64,000 bases of DNA from an uncultured Planctomycetaceae bacterium (GTDB lineage Bacteria; Planctomycetota; Planctomycetia; Planctomycetales; Planctomycetaceae), in NCBI GenBank assembly GCA_963813715.1, contig CAWFAK010000007.1, positions 768,001-832,000 of the forward strand. The letters are read 5' to 3'. Made by a program: the position numbers and the translations under genes. Position 1 is the stretch's first letter; each line of letters starts with the position of its first letter. Below are positions 11,760 to 22,215 of this stretch, piece by piece. The notes under the pieces were generated by a model, which saw nothing but the letters and a program-made list of their open reading frames with translations, was not told the DNA's origin and searched no databases.

Positions 11760-14245
11760 TCAGGGGCTGGTGGCGGCCAGCGCCGGCCGTGCTGGTTCCT
11801 CGGATCTGGGAACGGGAGCCAGCGACAACAGTCGCTTGAACTCGACCATTAGGAAACGGACATCCATAAACGGCTCGAAGCTGACATCGCACCAGCGAAC
11901 GAGCCCCTGACCGTCGATCAAGTACGTTCCGTGCAGCGCGATGTGCTCGAAGTCGTCGTAAGCGCGGTATGACTGAAAGACGTTTAGCTTTGGATCGGCG
12001 AGCATCAGGAAGGGAAACGGCTCTGGCTTGTAACTCGCCAGCAGCTTCTGCACGCCGGTTGCATCGTCGGAGCTGACCGCGACGAGCTGCCAACCCAGCT
12101 CAGCCAGACGCGCGTGCTCCTTCACGAAGGCGGCCAGCTGAGCCTGACAGTGCGAACAGCCCGCCCCTAGAAAGAAGACCAGAATCACCGGTTTGCCGCG
12201 AAAATCGGCGAGCGAGTGTTCGCGGCCCTGCGCACACGGAGTTTCCAATCCGGGGCGATCCACGGTCGCCACATCCGCGGTCCCATCGCAGCGAGCGGCG
12301 GCCGACCAGCGAGGGTCTTCTGGATGTTGTCGGGCAGGCGCCAATCGGTCGGCCAGCCGAACGCGCGGGCGATCGGGTTCAGGCGAGCGAACGGCGGCGC
12401 GTCGAGGTCGGCCGTGCCAGCCAGCTCTCGGAGCGTTTGGAAACAAGCGCGGGCGTCCTGAATCCGGCCGTCGGCGTACAACGCCTCGGTCAAGTTGGCG
12501 AGGGGACGAACCTGCTGAGGCCGCTCGCTGGAATATTGCCGGGCGGACCGTACGGCAGCCGCCGTGTCGCCGACCTCGATCTGCTTCCGCGTGACGATGG
12601 CGAAGTCGACGTTGGTGCTTTCGTCGGCCATGTTGACGAGCGACCAATGCCCGTATCCCAACCAGGCCGCCGCGACAATGCCCGCCGTAACCGCCAAGAC
12701 CGCTTGCATCCAACGTCGACGAAGCAGCCACAGCCCCACGGCCTCGCCCGTCCCAATGGCAACGAGCCCCCAAATCAATTGAGTTCGACTGACGAAAAAG
12801 CCGGTGGCGATCCGCCGGTACGACTCCAACTCCGCCACGCGCCGCTGGATGCCGGCCAGAGGCCGGGCGAGCCGTCGCTCCGCCGCACGCAGCGCCGCGG
12901 TCCGCTGGTGCTCCGGCAACTGCTTCGCCTCGTCGATGGCCGCTTGCTGCGTGGCCAGTTGTTGATCGCGCAGCTCGCGCAAAGCCTGAAGTTCGGCGTC
13001 GCCCTGGGAATTCTCCCCTTTGCAGTAATAAGCAGCGCCGAGCGCAGCGTGCACCTTGGCTTGCTCGCTGGGGATGCGCGTGGGCTCGATCTCGCCGCTG
13101 CGGCATGCCTCGATCAGATCGCCCCAGTATTCGTATCGACGCAGGACTTGGATCAATCGTTCGCGGCCGTAATAGGCGCTCGAACCGTGCGCTTCCTTCG
13201 GCTTTTCCTTCTTTTCGTCCGTCGCCTGCTCCTGGTCGGGCGGCTCGAGCACGTTGAGCAGCGGATGCCGTGGCAGCGCGATCATCTGTTTGGCAATGTC
13301 GCGGGCGTCGTGGACGCGGCCCAACTGCATCAACGTCCGCACGAGCCATTCGTTGTTGTGGGCGTAGAGCTCGACCTGGTCGGGCAGAATGTGATCGCGC
13401 TCGATCCTTGCGTTTTCCGTGCGGAGGCAGGCCTCGAGCTGCCAGGCTGCTTCCGGATAGCGGCGCAGCGGGTAATAGATGTGGGTCGGCATGTGCCACA
13501 TGTGGCCGATCCCCGGGGCCGATTCGCCCGACTTGGCCGCCGACGTCAAACCTTGAGCCTGGTGATTCCCCTCGTCGACGAGGTGGATGACGGCATGATG
13601 GATCGGGTGCAGCGGGTCGACGGCCAGAATCTCGTGGGCAAGTGCCAGCGCTTCGGCCGCCTCGTTCCGCTCCGTCGGCCCCGACTCGAGGCGATGCCAG
13701 ATCCGCCAGACGGCGAAGGCCTTGGCTTCCAGGTCGTCGGGAAATTGTTGGATCAACGCCTTGTAGCCCGCATCGTTGCCCAGGGCGTCGATATACATCT
13801 GCTCGCGGGGCGAAAGCCCGGCCTTGTGAGCGGCTGCCTGTGCCGCAAACTCCCGGGCGCGGGTCGCGTTGCGCGGGTTCGCCAGCGACATGCCCCAATA
13901 AGCGATGCCGCAATTCGGATCGAACGCCGCCGCCTGCCGGAACGAACGCTCGGCCTCGTAATACGAGAAGCCGTGAAGTTGCCCGATCCCCTGTTCGATG
14001 TATTTCTGGACGCGGGGATCCTTCGACGTCACGGGAAAATGAATCTTCCCCGTGCCGGCGATCAGCCGTGCACTCTGTCGGGGGCCGCGGTCAAAGACTT
14101 CACCGGTGTGCGAGTGTCCGGGGAGAAATGAGCCATCGGCAGCGAGTGCCGGGGCCGACGCCGAGCCAACCAGGAGAACACCAAGCAGCAAGGCCTCTGG
14201 GAAAGCGCGACGCATCGAGAGCGGACCTGCGCGAGAATCGGACAC
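11760..14245 (-). CDS. His-rich TPR protein fused to a C-terminal redoxin (AhpC/TSA-like) domain (frameshift near 12235)
   Basis: Signal peptide; QLHGFSYYEAERSFRQAA, HPIHHAVIHL, GHMWHMPTHIY in ORF 12185..14245. SLADFRGKPVILVFFLGAGCSHC...HGTYLIDGQGLVRW at the end of ORF 11760..13913. Confidence 0.8.
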
Positions 14246-14413
14246 CGAAAGCAGCGGAGTCAGCGACCGCCGAGTCCGTTCTTCGGGTATAGCGAAGCCG
14301 TTTGACGAGTGTCAAACCGCTCACGCGTGGACAGCAACGGGGCCAGCCATCGCAGCATCGTCAACAGCCGGAACGTCAAAACGCGAACGCTGGCAGGACT
14401 TACTGAAGCCGTC

Positions 14414-14983
14414 CTAGGTCTCAATATGGGTCAACGCCTTTGGCCCGGGGGGCTTGGCCGACTCACCCGTTACCGACAGATTGAATTGGCAGTCGGTCTT
14501 GCCGGACGCTTCGAGGTTGATGGTGAACCCCTCCTTCTTCCCGTTGACGTCCGGATCGTTGTAGAGATTCTTCAACAGATCGGGACCGGTCATGCCCTGC
14601 TTCTTACGGCGCTCGAGAGCGGCGAACAGCAGCACGTATTTGCCCGGCGTCAGCCCTCCGTCCGGAAACTCGAACGCCCCATCAGCTTTGACGAGGACGT
14701 AGGCACCCGATGCGGGCGCGTCGGGCTTTGACGCGTCGTAGGCCATCACCACAAGCACCGTTTTTCGATTCTTGAAGGTGGGCGGCTCATTATCGATCGT
14801 CACGGTCCCCCCAAAGGAAAGACCGTGACGCGTTTCATCCCGCTGGCCTTATACGCCTCGTCGAGGCGCTGCGCCGCGGACGGCGTGTTGGTGCAACCGG
14901 CAGCGGCGAAGAGGCAAACCGCCGCCGCGGCTCCCGTGATGCGCGTGAAAAATGAACGACCGGACGGTCAAAGCGACCGACAT
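14414..14983 (-). CDS. DUF1559-associated lipoprotein (carboxypeptidase-regulatory-like fold), two frameshifts
   Basis: Reconstructed N-terminus ..AVCLFAAAGC (lipobox), then TVTIDNEPP, GLTPGKY, LKNLYNDPD; lies directly downstream of a DUF1559 gene. Confidence 0.75.
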
Positions 14984-15058
14984 CGTGAACTCCGCCAATC
15001 AAAAAGGCCTTCGCCCCGCTAAAAGCCCTCGTCACACAGAATGATGGTAGTAAAGAAC

Positions 15059-15098
15059 CGCAGCCGCGCTCAAGAACGCCGTTCCTGAGCGCGGCCGC
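15059..15098. terminator. Stem-loop downstream of the DUF1559 gene (terminator or mRNA-stabilising hairpin)
   Basis: gccgcgctcaagaac-gcc-gttcctgagcgcggc inverted repeat. Confidence 0.5.
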
Positions 15099-15130
15099 AA
15101 TCGGATGCTACGCCAACGATGAGCGTTCTT

Positions 15131-16330
15131 TTAGAAGTTGTCCGTCACGGCCTCGTGGCCGCGCGGTGTCGTCAGGTAGCCGAAGGTAATGATGGAGATG
15201 TTCTCGCTGACCATGTGTGCCGACCCATCGCACATGGCGACTCCGCCGGCGCCGGGATGGAAACTGAAAACTCCGTTGACGCCCTTTTCGTTTGAGCAGT
15301 TGAAGAAGCAGATGGGCGCGGCACAGGTTGTCGGGTTGGCGCAGTTCCCCTGGCTCATGCCGGTGAAGTCAGATCCGTTGAACTCCGCGTCGCCGATGTG
15401 CTCAGAGGTCCACGTGCCACCGACGTTGGGGTTGTAACCATGAATAATGGTCGGCAGCAGCTGCTTGCCAGCTCTGGTCCACCAGTCCGGACGACCGGCC
15501 GACTCGGTGCAGAAGATCGTCGTGGACGTGCCGTCGGTAATTTGATCGATCGTCAGCCCAACGTAAGCGTCGGAATAGATGGCTTGACGTTTGCAGTTCA
15601 GGGCGCAGTGATTCCCCGTCGCATAGCGATAATAATTCCAAAGGTTACCGCTCATCCGGCACCAACCCTGATAATCCATCGCGCCCGACAATCGCGTATA
15701 GCCGGGGGTGGTAAACGCGGGCAGACAGCAATTCCAGCACTGGTTCCTCTCCACGAACGGATTTTGCGAACGCGGCGCCGAAGGACAAACGTAACCGGGA
15801 ATCACTTGAGCAGTTGGACGCGACGCAGCGCACGGATCGATACAGGGGCAACCGGAATTCTTGTACGTGTACGACGTCGGACACGGAACGCTCGACAAGC
15901 AGATCGGCGAGAAGTTGGGCGCATTCATGCACATCTTGTTGTAGACGGTCGTGGCCTCCATGTAGACCAGCAACCGCTCCGGCCAGACGTGCATGTTGTA
16001 GTCGTTGCGGCCGGGCCCATAGAAAATGTGCTTGCTGCTGTTGGTACAGGCGCCGCCGTGTCCGCAGCCCCAACCCGTCTGGATCCCGCAGCTGCAGACG
16101 CAGCCGCAGCAGTTGTTGTAAATCACCGAGAGCCCGATCGGGAGCTGGCTGGCGACGTCGTGGTAGTTGTTGACCGCCAGCACAATCTGCTTGAGATTGT
16201 TGCGGCACTGGGTCCGTCGTGCCGCTTCGCGCGCCGCCTGCACAGCCGGAAGCAAGAGCGCAATTAGTACCGCGATAATTGCGATGACGACCAAAAGCTC
16301 GATCAGGGTAAATGCTGTCCGCCGCCTCAT
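15131..16330 (-). CDS. Cysteine-rich DUF1559 prepilin-type protein
   Basis: [72 protein letters not shown]. Confidence 0.95.
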   Translation of the reverse strand: MRRRTAFTLIELLVVIAIIAVLIALLLPAVQAAREAARRTQCRNNLKQIVLAVNNYHDVASQLPIGLSVIYNNCCGCVCSCGIQTGWGCGHGGACTNSSKHIFYGPGRNDYNMHVWPERLLVYMEATTVYNKMCMNAPNFSPICLSSVPCPTSYTYKNSGCPCIDPCAASRPTAQVIPGYVCPSAPRSQNPFVERNQCWNCCLPAFTTPGYTRLSGAMDYQGWCRMSGNLWNYYRYATGNHCALNCKRQAIYSDAYVGLTIDQITDGTSTTIFCTESAGRPDWWTRAGKQLLPTIIHGYNPNVGGTWTSEHIGDAEFNGSDFTGMSQGNCANPTTCAAPICFFNCSNEKGVNGVFSFHPGAGGVAMCDGSAHMVSENISIITFGYLTTPRGHEAVTDNF

Positions 16331-16494
16331 CCTTCGTCCCTTTCAAAAAAATAAGATGGCACTCGCGCGTTTTGCGCGCGCAATCACCGACGGGAACATG
16401 AAACAAGAAGACCTTCGCCCTCGCCTTGTCCCCCAAGTTTGCCAAACTCGGGGCGAATTTCCATCAGCAATTCGTTATCTAAACCACGTTCTTT

Positions 16495-16516
16495 TTAAAA
16501 ATTGCGTAATTTTTAA
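16495..16516. promoter_or_regulatory. AT-rich palindrome, candidate operator in a divergent promoter
   Basis: TTAAAAATT-gcgt-AATTTTTAA, perfect 9-bp arms. Confidence 0.45.
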
Positions 16517-16714
16517 GACATGGAGAACAGTCGTATCCGTATGAACTTGAGCGCTTTAGGGGATCCGCCGTCGTTGAGCGTCGACGAGGAGCGGCAGTGC
16601 CGCAAGCGGCAGGAACGAGCGCCCATTCGAGGGCTGCGCGGGCCGCTTTACTCTCCCCTGGCGGGCATCTATGTTGAAGTTTCCCAGTCTTTCTTAGGCC
16701 GCAGTTGAGCAGAA

Positions 16715-19207
16715 ATGGCGTCTTCTCGAAAGGCCGTTTTTCTGACCGCGATGGTGGTCCTCGGCCTGATTGCCGTGGGTGCCTATGCTTGGTTTGGACG
16801 TGACCGGCCGAACAATGCGGGTGCGGAAGCGGCCGCGAAGTCCAAGCAATTTCGCGACACCCGAGAGGCGGAAATCCAGGTCGATTTGAAGAATTCGGCC
16901 ATCGCGGATCTCGAAAACGGTCAGCTCGCCCAGGCCGATCCTGTGCTGCTCAACTTGGCGACCGCCGGAATGCGTGAGCCGCTTGGGCGAAACTGGACCA
17001 TCGGACGGCTGTTGGCCATTCAAGGCCTCGACCTCAAGCGCGACCCCATCGCTTACGACGAGGCCGTCGAACGAGCCCAAACGGCTCTCAATCTGGAAAC
17101 GGCCCTCGAGTCCAAAACGGCCGTCCGCCATTACCTGGCCGCCAAACTTGCGGAGGCCCGCAACTCCTCCAAAGTGCGTGTCTTCGAGCAGCACATCGCG
17201 GCTGGAATGTCTCCAGGCGACGCCGTGCAATGGGCCGAACTCTATCAGGCTCAGACCAATTCCGGCACGGCGGCCGGCCGCGCCGACAGCCAGGGAACCC
17301 TCAAATCCCTCCAGTCGCTGGTCCCCGACAATCTGTACGCCCAGCTCGAGTGGCTGGGCGTCCAAGCCCGCACCAAAGACAAAGAGATCGCCGATACCTT
17401 GAGCCGGCTCGACGGCTTGCTCAGCCCCATCTTTGCATATCACGGTCCCGAGGCGGCCGCCCGTTTCCGCGGACTGGTGGACCAGGCACAAGCGGCGTTC
17501 AAAGCGGCGAACTGGCCGGCCGTCGGGGAGAAAGTGGCGGCCATCGACCAAATGGTTCGACCGCTCCCCGAAGTCGAGTCCGACCGGCATTGCATCCAGC
17601 GAGATCTTTCCTGGCACATCGTTTCCGATTACACGCATGCCTTCTACCAAAAGCATCGAATCGATCGGCGACTTCCATCGGCCGGCCACCCAGTGCAGTT
17701 TCGCGAGATTCAATTGTCGGGGCCGCTGGTCGAGATCGCTGACGCCCACGAGGCCCAGTTTGTCGAGGTCGATGCCGACGCCGGTCCCCGGCTCGACATT
17801 GCGGTCTTGCGGGACGAATCCTTCGCGTTGTTCCGTCGCGATGCGAAAGAGTCGAGCGGCAGAGCCTGGATCCGAACGGCCTCCGCTCCCCTGCCCCGCG
17901 GAGCCTACAGCCATTTCCTCTCGGCCGATCTCGGCGGCGATCCGAACGGCGCGACGAACCCGACGGAGTCTGCCAAGGGACCCGCATCGAAGACCGACCA
18001 GTCTCCGACCGACTTCGTGCTGTTTGGTCCGGCCGGTCTGTTGGTATTGGAGACGCGCGATGGCGCGGGCCCGGACTTGCTGACACTGCACGCCGTGCCT
18101 ACCCCGGCACTCGCAGAGGCCACTAAAGGCGCGACGTCGGTCGTCGCGATCGACCTCGACGGCGACGGCTTGAACGACCTGGTCGTCGCCTGCCGAAAGC
18201 CCGATGGGCCCGGCGCAACGCTCCGCGTCTTGCGAAACCAGGGAAACCGCACATTTCGCGACGCGACGGCTCGGTCCTGGATCAAAGACGTGCCGGTCGG
18301 CATCGGCTCGCTGGTCGCCGTCGACTGGGATAACGATCTCGACATCGATCTCCTCGCGCCGGGCTGGCTCCCAAGACCGGCGCAGTCCCAGCTCACCTTC
18401 CTGAAGGGGCGCGGCTTGGCGCGTTTCGGATCGCAGCGCTTCCCCGTCAAGGACAGCGACATCCAATCGGCGACAACTTTGGCCGTGCTTGATGCCGATT
18501 CCAATGGGTCCTGGGACCTGCTGGCCAGTGGCCCGCACGGCATGCAGTTGCTGCTCACTTCGACCATCGAACACGGCCGCGTCGACACGATCGGGGTGGA
18601 AGCCGTCTCCGATTTCCCTGCCGACGGGCTGCTGGTGTTCGATTACGACAACGACGGCTGCCCCGATTTGATCGCCTGGAATCGTGACGCCGTTCGGTGC
18701 TTCCATGGAAGCCCTGAAGGGCATTTCGAGCCGACGAACGACGTGTTGCCGGCAGGATTGGGCACAATCCTCTCCGCCGACTTCGGCGATCTCGATCAAG
18801 ACGGCGATAGCGATTTGCTCGTGGTGAAGTCCGAGCCGGGGAAAACTGTCGGCCGCGTGGCCCTGCTGCTGAACGAAGGTGGCAACGCGAACAACTGGAT
18901 CGACGTGCGGCTGGAGAACCGCCCGGCCGAGTCCAAAGCGGCCGACCGGATGGCAGGCGAAGCGACGGCGAAGACCGTGGGACAAACCCGCGTTCCGCCC
19001 AAAGGCCGCGGGGCAACGCTGTGCCTCAAGAATCGAGGGGTTTCTCAGATGCAAATGGTCACGAAGCCGGTGACGCACTTCGGCCTGGGCAGCCTGGATG
19101 CGGCCCAAGTGCTTCGTGTGCTGTGGAACACGGGCGTGCCGGTCAATGTGCCCCAGCCGGCCAAGAACACGACCTTGGTTCAAACGCCGCCGAACCGGAC
19201 GCCGTAA
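16715..19207 (+). CDS. FG-GAP/VCBS repeat protein with N-terminal anchor, helical region and ASPIC/UnbV-like C-terminus
   Basis: DLDGDGLNDL, DWDNDLDIDL, DADSNGSWDL, DYDNDGCPDL, DLDQDGDSDL; NEGGNANNWIDVRL...THFGLG...LRVLWNTG. Confidence 0.85.
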   Translation: MASSRKAVFLTAMVVLGLIAVGAYAWFGRDRPNNAGAEAAAKSKQFRDTREAEIQVDLKNSAIADLENGQLAQADPVLLNLATAGMREPLGRNWTIGRLLAIQGLDLKRDPIAYDEAVERAQTALNLETALESKTAVRHYLAAKLAEARNSSKVRVFEQHIAAGMSPGDAVQWAELYQAQTNSGTAAGRADSQGTLKSLQSLVPDNLYAQLEWLGVQARTKDKEIADTLSRLDGLLSPIFAYHGPEAAARFRGLVDQAQAAFKAANWPAVGEKVAAIDQMVRPLPEVESDRHCIQRDLSWHIVSDYTHAFYQKHRIDRRLPSAGHPVQFREIQLSGPLVEIADAHEAQFVEVDADAGPRLDIAVLRDESFALFRRDAKESSGRAWIRTASAPLPRGAYSHFLSADLGGDPNGATNPTESAKGPASKTDQSPTDFVLFGPAGLLVLETRDGAGPDLLTLHAVPTPALAEATKGATSVVAIDLDGDGLNDLVVACRKPDGPGATLRVLRNQGNRTFRDATARSWIKDVPVGIGSLVAVDWDNDLDIDLLAPGWLPRPAQSQLTFLKGRGLARFGSQRFPVKDSDIQSATTLAVLDADSNGSWDLLASGPHGMQLLLTSTIEHGRVDTIGVEAVSDFPADGLLVFDYDNDGCPDLIAWNRDAVRCFHGSPEGHFEPTNDVLPAGLGTILSADFGDLDQDGDSDLLVVKSEPGKTVGRVALLLNEGGNANNWIDVRLENRPAESKAADRMAGEATAKTVGQTRVPPKGRGATLCLKNRGVSQMQMVTKPVTHFGLGSLDAAQVLRVLWNTGVPVNVPQPAKNTTLVQTPPNRTP

Positions 19208-19369
19208 GTCGCAGGGGACAACAAGCGGTTGGGCGTCGGCCGCCTCACACGGAGCTGGCGGGTGGATTTGCCCCCGTGCGGCGCATACGGCTATTCTGGA
19301 ACGGACGACATTTCCGAGAGCGATCATCTCCGTCAATCTTCGCTGATTTTCAATTGGGGGCCCGGGTTC

Positions 19370-20218
19370 ATGTCTTGGCGTGTGGGTAGAGCGGCGACTT
19401 TGATTCTGGTGGCATGCGCGTCCGTCGGATCGGCCGCTGAGGAGTTTCACTACCCGCTCAAGCCGGCGGTGGCGGCAAACGGCTCGGTCTACGTGGCCGA
19501 TCTGAAGTTGCCGGGCATTGTCGTCGTCCAGAACGGGACGATCGAAAAGTTCTTCACGGCCGCGAAAAAAATTGGCACGCCCCTCTATCGCGTCCGCTGC
19601 GTGGCGGTCGATCGCAATGGCAAAGTCCTCGCCGGAGACTCCGCGACCCGCGAAGTCTACCGCTTCGACGAGCCCGGGAAGCCGACTCCGCTCACCAAGG
19701 GCGCCCAGGGCGGCATTGGGATCCCGATGGCCATCGCCGTCGACAGCAAGGGAAACATTTTCGTTGCTGATTTGGAAGTTCACGCCATCTGGAAGATTCC
19801 TCCCAAGGGGGGCGCGGCCGAGAAGTTCGCCGACGTGCCGGCGCCTTGTGGCATGGCCATCGACGACAAAGACGAGCTGTGGGTCGTCTCCCGCTCCAAG
19901 CGGCAGCTGTTCAAGGTCTCGCCCGAAGGCAAAGTGGAAGTCGCCGTCACCGATCGGCCCTTTCAATTTCCCAATGACGTCGCGCTCGACGGCAAGGGCA
20001 ACGTCTTCATCAGCGACGGTTACGCCAAAACGATCTGGAAGCTCACCAGCGGAGGCAAACCGACGAGCTGGATCGCCGATAAACAACTCATCAATCCGGT
20101 CGGCCTGGCTTGGCACGACGGCAGCCTGCTGATTGCCGATCCGAACCCGCAAGCGAAGACGGGCCAGGTCTACAAGGCCGACGCGGCGGGCAAGCTCTCT
20201 CCACTCGTGGGCAAATAG
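19370..20218 (+). CDS. Secreted NHL-repeat beta-propeller protein
   Basis: Signal peptide; PMAIAVDSKGNIFVAD, FPNDVALDGKGNVFISD, NPVGLAW. Confidence 0.85.
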   Translation: MSWRVGRAATLILVACASVGSAAEEFHYPLKPAVAANGSVYVADLKLPGIVVVQNGTIEKFFTAAKKIGTPLYRVRCVAVDRNGKVLAGDSATREVYRFDEPGKPTPLTKGAQGGIGIPMAIAVDSKGNIFVADLEVHAIWKIPPKGGAAEKFADVPAPCGMAIDDKDELWVVSRSKRQLFKVSPEGKVEVAVTDRPFQFPNDVALDGKGNVFISDGYAKTIWKLTSGGKPTSWIADKQLINPVGLAWHDGSLLIADPNPQAKTGQVYKADAAGKLSPLVGK

Positions 20219-20245
20219 CCGCGCGACCGGCCCACGCAAAGCCGC

Positions 20246-21055
20246 TCACAGGCAGCCGCCGATCGACCGCATGATCCAGCGATCGACCTGGCGCAACAGC
20301 GGTCGCGACGAAGGTCGCCCGCACGCCGACGTGCGAACGGAGACTTCGAGTCCCGCCGCGTACAGCAGCCGGCCGACTTGCTCGGCCTGGGCGTGGCTGG
20401 GCGCCTTCTGGTTATCCGCGACGATCAAGGCCTGCTTGCCGGAGAGCGCGCGGAACTGACGCAAGGGCCGGCGACCCCAGGGAAATCGCCCGCCCAGCAC
20501 GGCGACTCCCGCGAACCATTGCGGCCGCGTCAAAAACAGGTCCCAGGCCATCGTCCCGCCCTCACCCGCCCCGACCAGAAACACGCGCTCGGTGTGGATG
20601 TGGAAGTCGCGCCGCATCTGCCGCACGCTCGCGTAGAGGCGTTCCTCGAAATCCAGTCCCGCGTTGCGAGTCCGGCTCCAGCTGAAGGCGTCGGACGCAT
20701 CGCGGCTCGTGCGCGCGGTGCCGCGGAGGGCCAGGCCGATGTAATTCCGCATGCTGATCATCGGCAGCACTTCGACGATGTCGCGTTCGTTGCGTCCCGC
20801 GTCGTGCAACCAGACGACCAGCGGATAGGCGTAGTTCGGCTCGTAGTTTTCGGGGACGAACACGCCGCACGGATGCGCTTGCGGCGCAGGGAATTCGCGG
20901 TCGTCGTCGCAAACCCGCGTCGTCGTCTCGGACGAGAGGATGATCTCCGCGGGGGACGATGCGCAGCCCGACGTGTCGCCGCTGCCGGAGGAGTACTGGA
21001 ACTCCGACCCAGCGGCATCTGACCAGGAGGGCTGCGAAAAGCGTGACGACGTCAT
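20246..21055 (-). CDS. Alpha/beta-hydrolase-fold (phospholipase/carboxylesterase-like) protein
   Basis: FVPENYEPNYAYPLVVWLH, IHTERVFLVGAGEGGTMA, PQWFAGVAVLGG. Confidence 0.75.
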   Translation of the reverse strand: MTSSRFSQPSWSDAAGSEFQYSSGSGDTSGCASSPAEIILSSETTTRVCDDDREFPAPQAHPCGVFVPENYEPNYAYPLVVWLHDAGRNERDIVEVLPMISMRNYIGLALRGTARTSRDASDAFSWSRTRNAGLDFEERLYASVRQMRRDFHIHTERVFLVGAGEGGTMAWDLFLTRPQWFAGVAVLGGRFPWGRRPLRQFRALSGKQALIVADNQKAPSHAQAEQVGRLLYAAGLEVSVRTSACGRPSSRPLLRQVDRWIMRSIGGCL

Positions 21056-21926
21056 GGATGGTTCCTTTCCTCGGCGGCGACCGGCAACAGGCCGCCCCCG
21101 GACTCAACGGCGACCCCGGAGCGGGCATCCGTTGGATTGGCGACGGCCGGCAGGCGGCCGTCGGTTGGCGTTGCGGCGAGATGGAGATGCTCGTCGCGCG
21201 GCCTTGTTGCACCCAGCAGCGGGTCCGTGCGCCCTGGGCGATTTCGTCCATCGGGAAGTATTTTCCCGGACACGCAGTAGCCTTGATGTCGCTATGTCTG
21301 ATGATGTTGGGCGTCTCGATGCCGTAGCGCACCCGCAGCACGCGGATCAGGCGGCGGACCGAGGCGATCTGCGCCGGGCTGGGCGGTCCCAGGTCGAAGT
21401 TGCCCACGACCGCAATCCCGATGCCGTGTTTGTTGTGCTCGTCCTCGCCGGCGTGGGCTCCTTGCAACTGCTGACGCCAGCGGAAGGTCGGCTCGATTTC
21501 GCCGTCGCCCATGCCGTTGCCGTTACCCACGACGAAGTGATAGCCGATGCCCATCCAGTGATTGCCGTTCTTGTCGCGGCGCCGCAGGTGGGCCTCATTG
21601 ATGCTTTCGACGCTCCCGCGGGACGAGGCGGTGTGGTGCAAGACGATGTAAGTCCATTGCCGAGGAGGAACGTCGGGCCGCCAGGGGTCGATGGCCAAGG
21701 TCGGCGGCCCATACGGATCGATCCGGCCGCTGATCGCGGCCTGCGAGTCGGGCGCTGGCAACATGGGCGTGCGAGTGACCATGCGGGGATTTGCCGGTTC
21801 AACGTCGGATGGAAGCGTTGCCGACGGCATCCGTCCTGGCTGAAAGCAACCCACCATCACTGCGCATGGTGCCGCCGTCAGCCCAAGGATCCCTACCCCC
21901 CGAGCGCCAACGCCGTCTCCCCACCT
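21052..21926 (-). CDS. N-acetylmuramoyl-L-alanine amidase (Amidase_2/PGRP-like); frameshift near 21235, start approximate
   Basis: IVLHHTA, GIGYHFVVGNG, GAHAG, IGIAVVGNF, IRHSDIKATACPG (His/His/Cys Zn ligands). The shifted C-terminus ends in an ATGA overlap with the next gene. Confidence 0.85.
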
Positions 21927-22215
21927 TGGGATTCCTGCCGATCCATCGGACCCGCCGAAGTGCAATCCTTTGCCGCGACGGGCTAGGCGCTGGACTCTAC
22001 AGGGACCCGAAAACCGTGTCAACACGCACCCCCGTTCCCCGCAGCCTCAGCGCTTGATCCGAAATCCCCAAACACGAAAATTCCACGGGACCGGTCAAAC
22101 TTTACACAAGCGCCCAACGATGTGGCCCGATTATTCTACGCAGTCTGCCGACTCTTACTTTTTTCTCTCACGCGCCGCATTCGCCAAGCTTCAAAATGAC
22201 CGCCTTTGCTCGTGA

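Noticed and set aside
16694..20239. 1181-aa minus-strand ORF and many other long antisense or alternate-frame ORFs (e.g. 3653..4822, 12437..14131, 35916..37553)
   Set aside because: Shadows of well-supported genes in high-GC DNA; Arg-rich with no family motifs.
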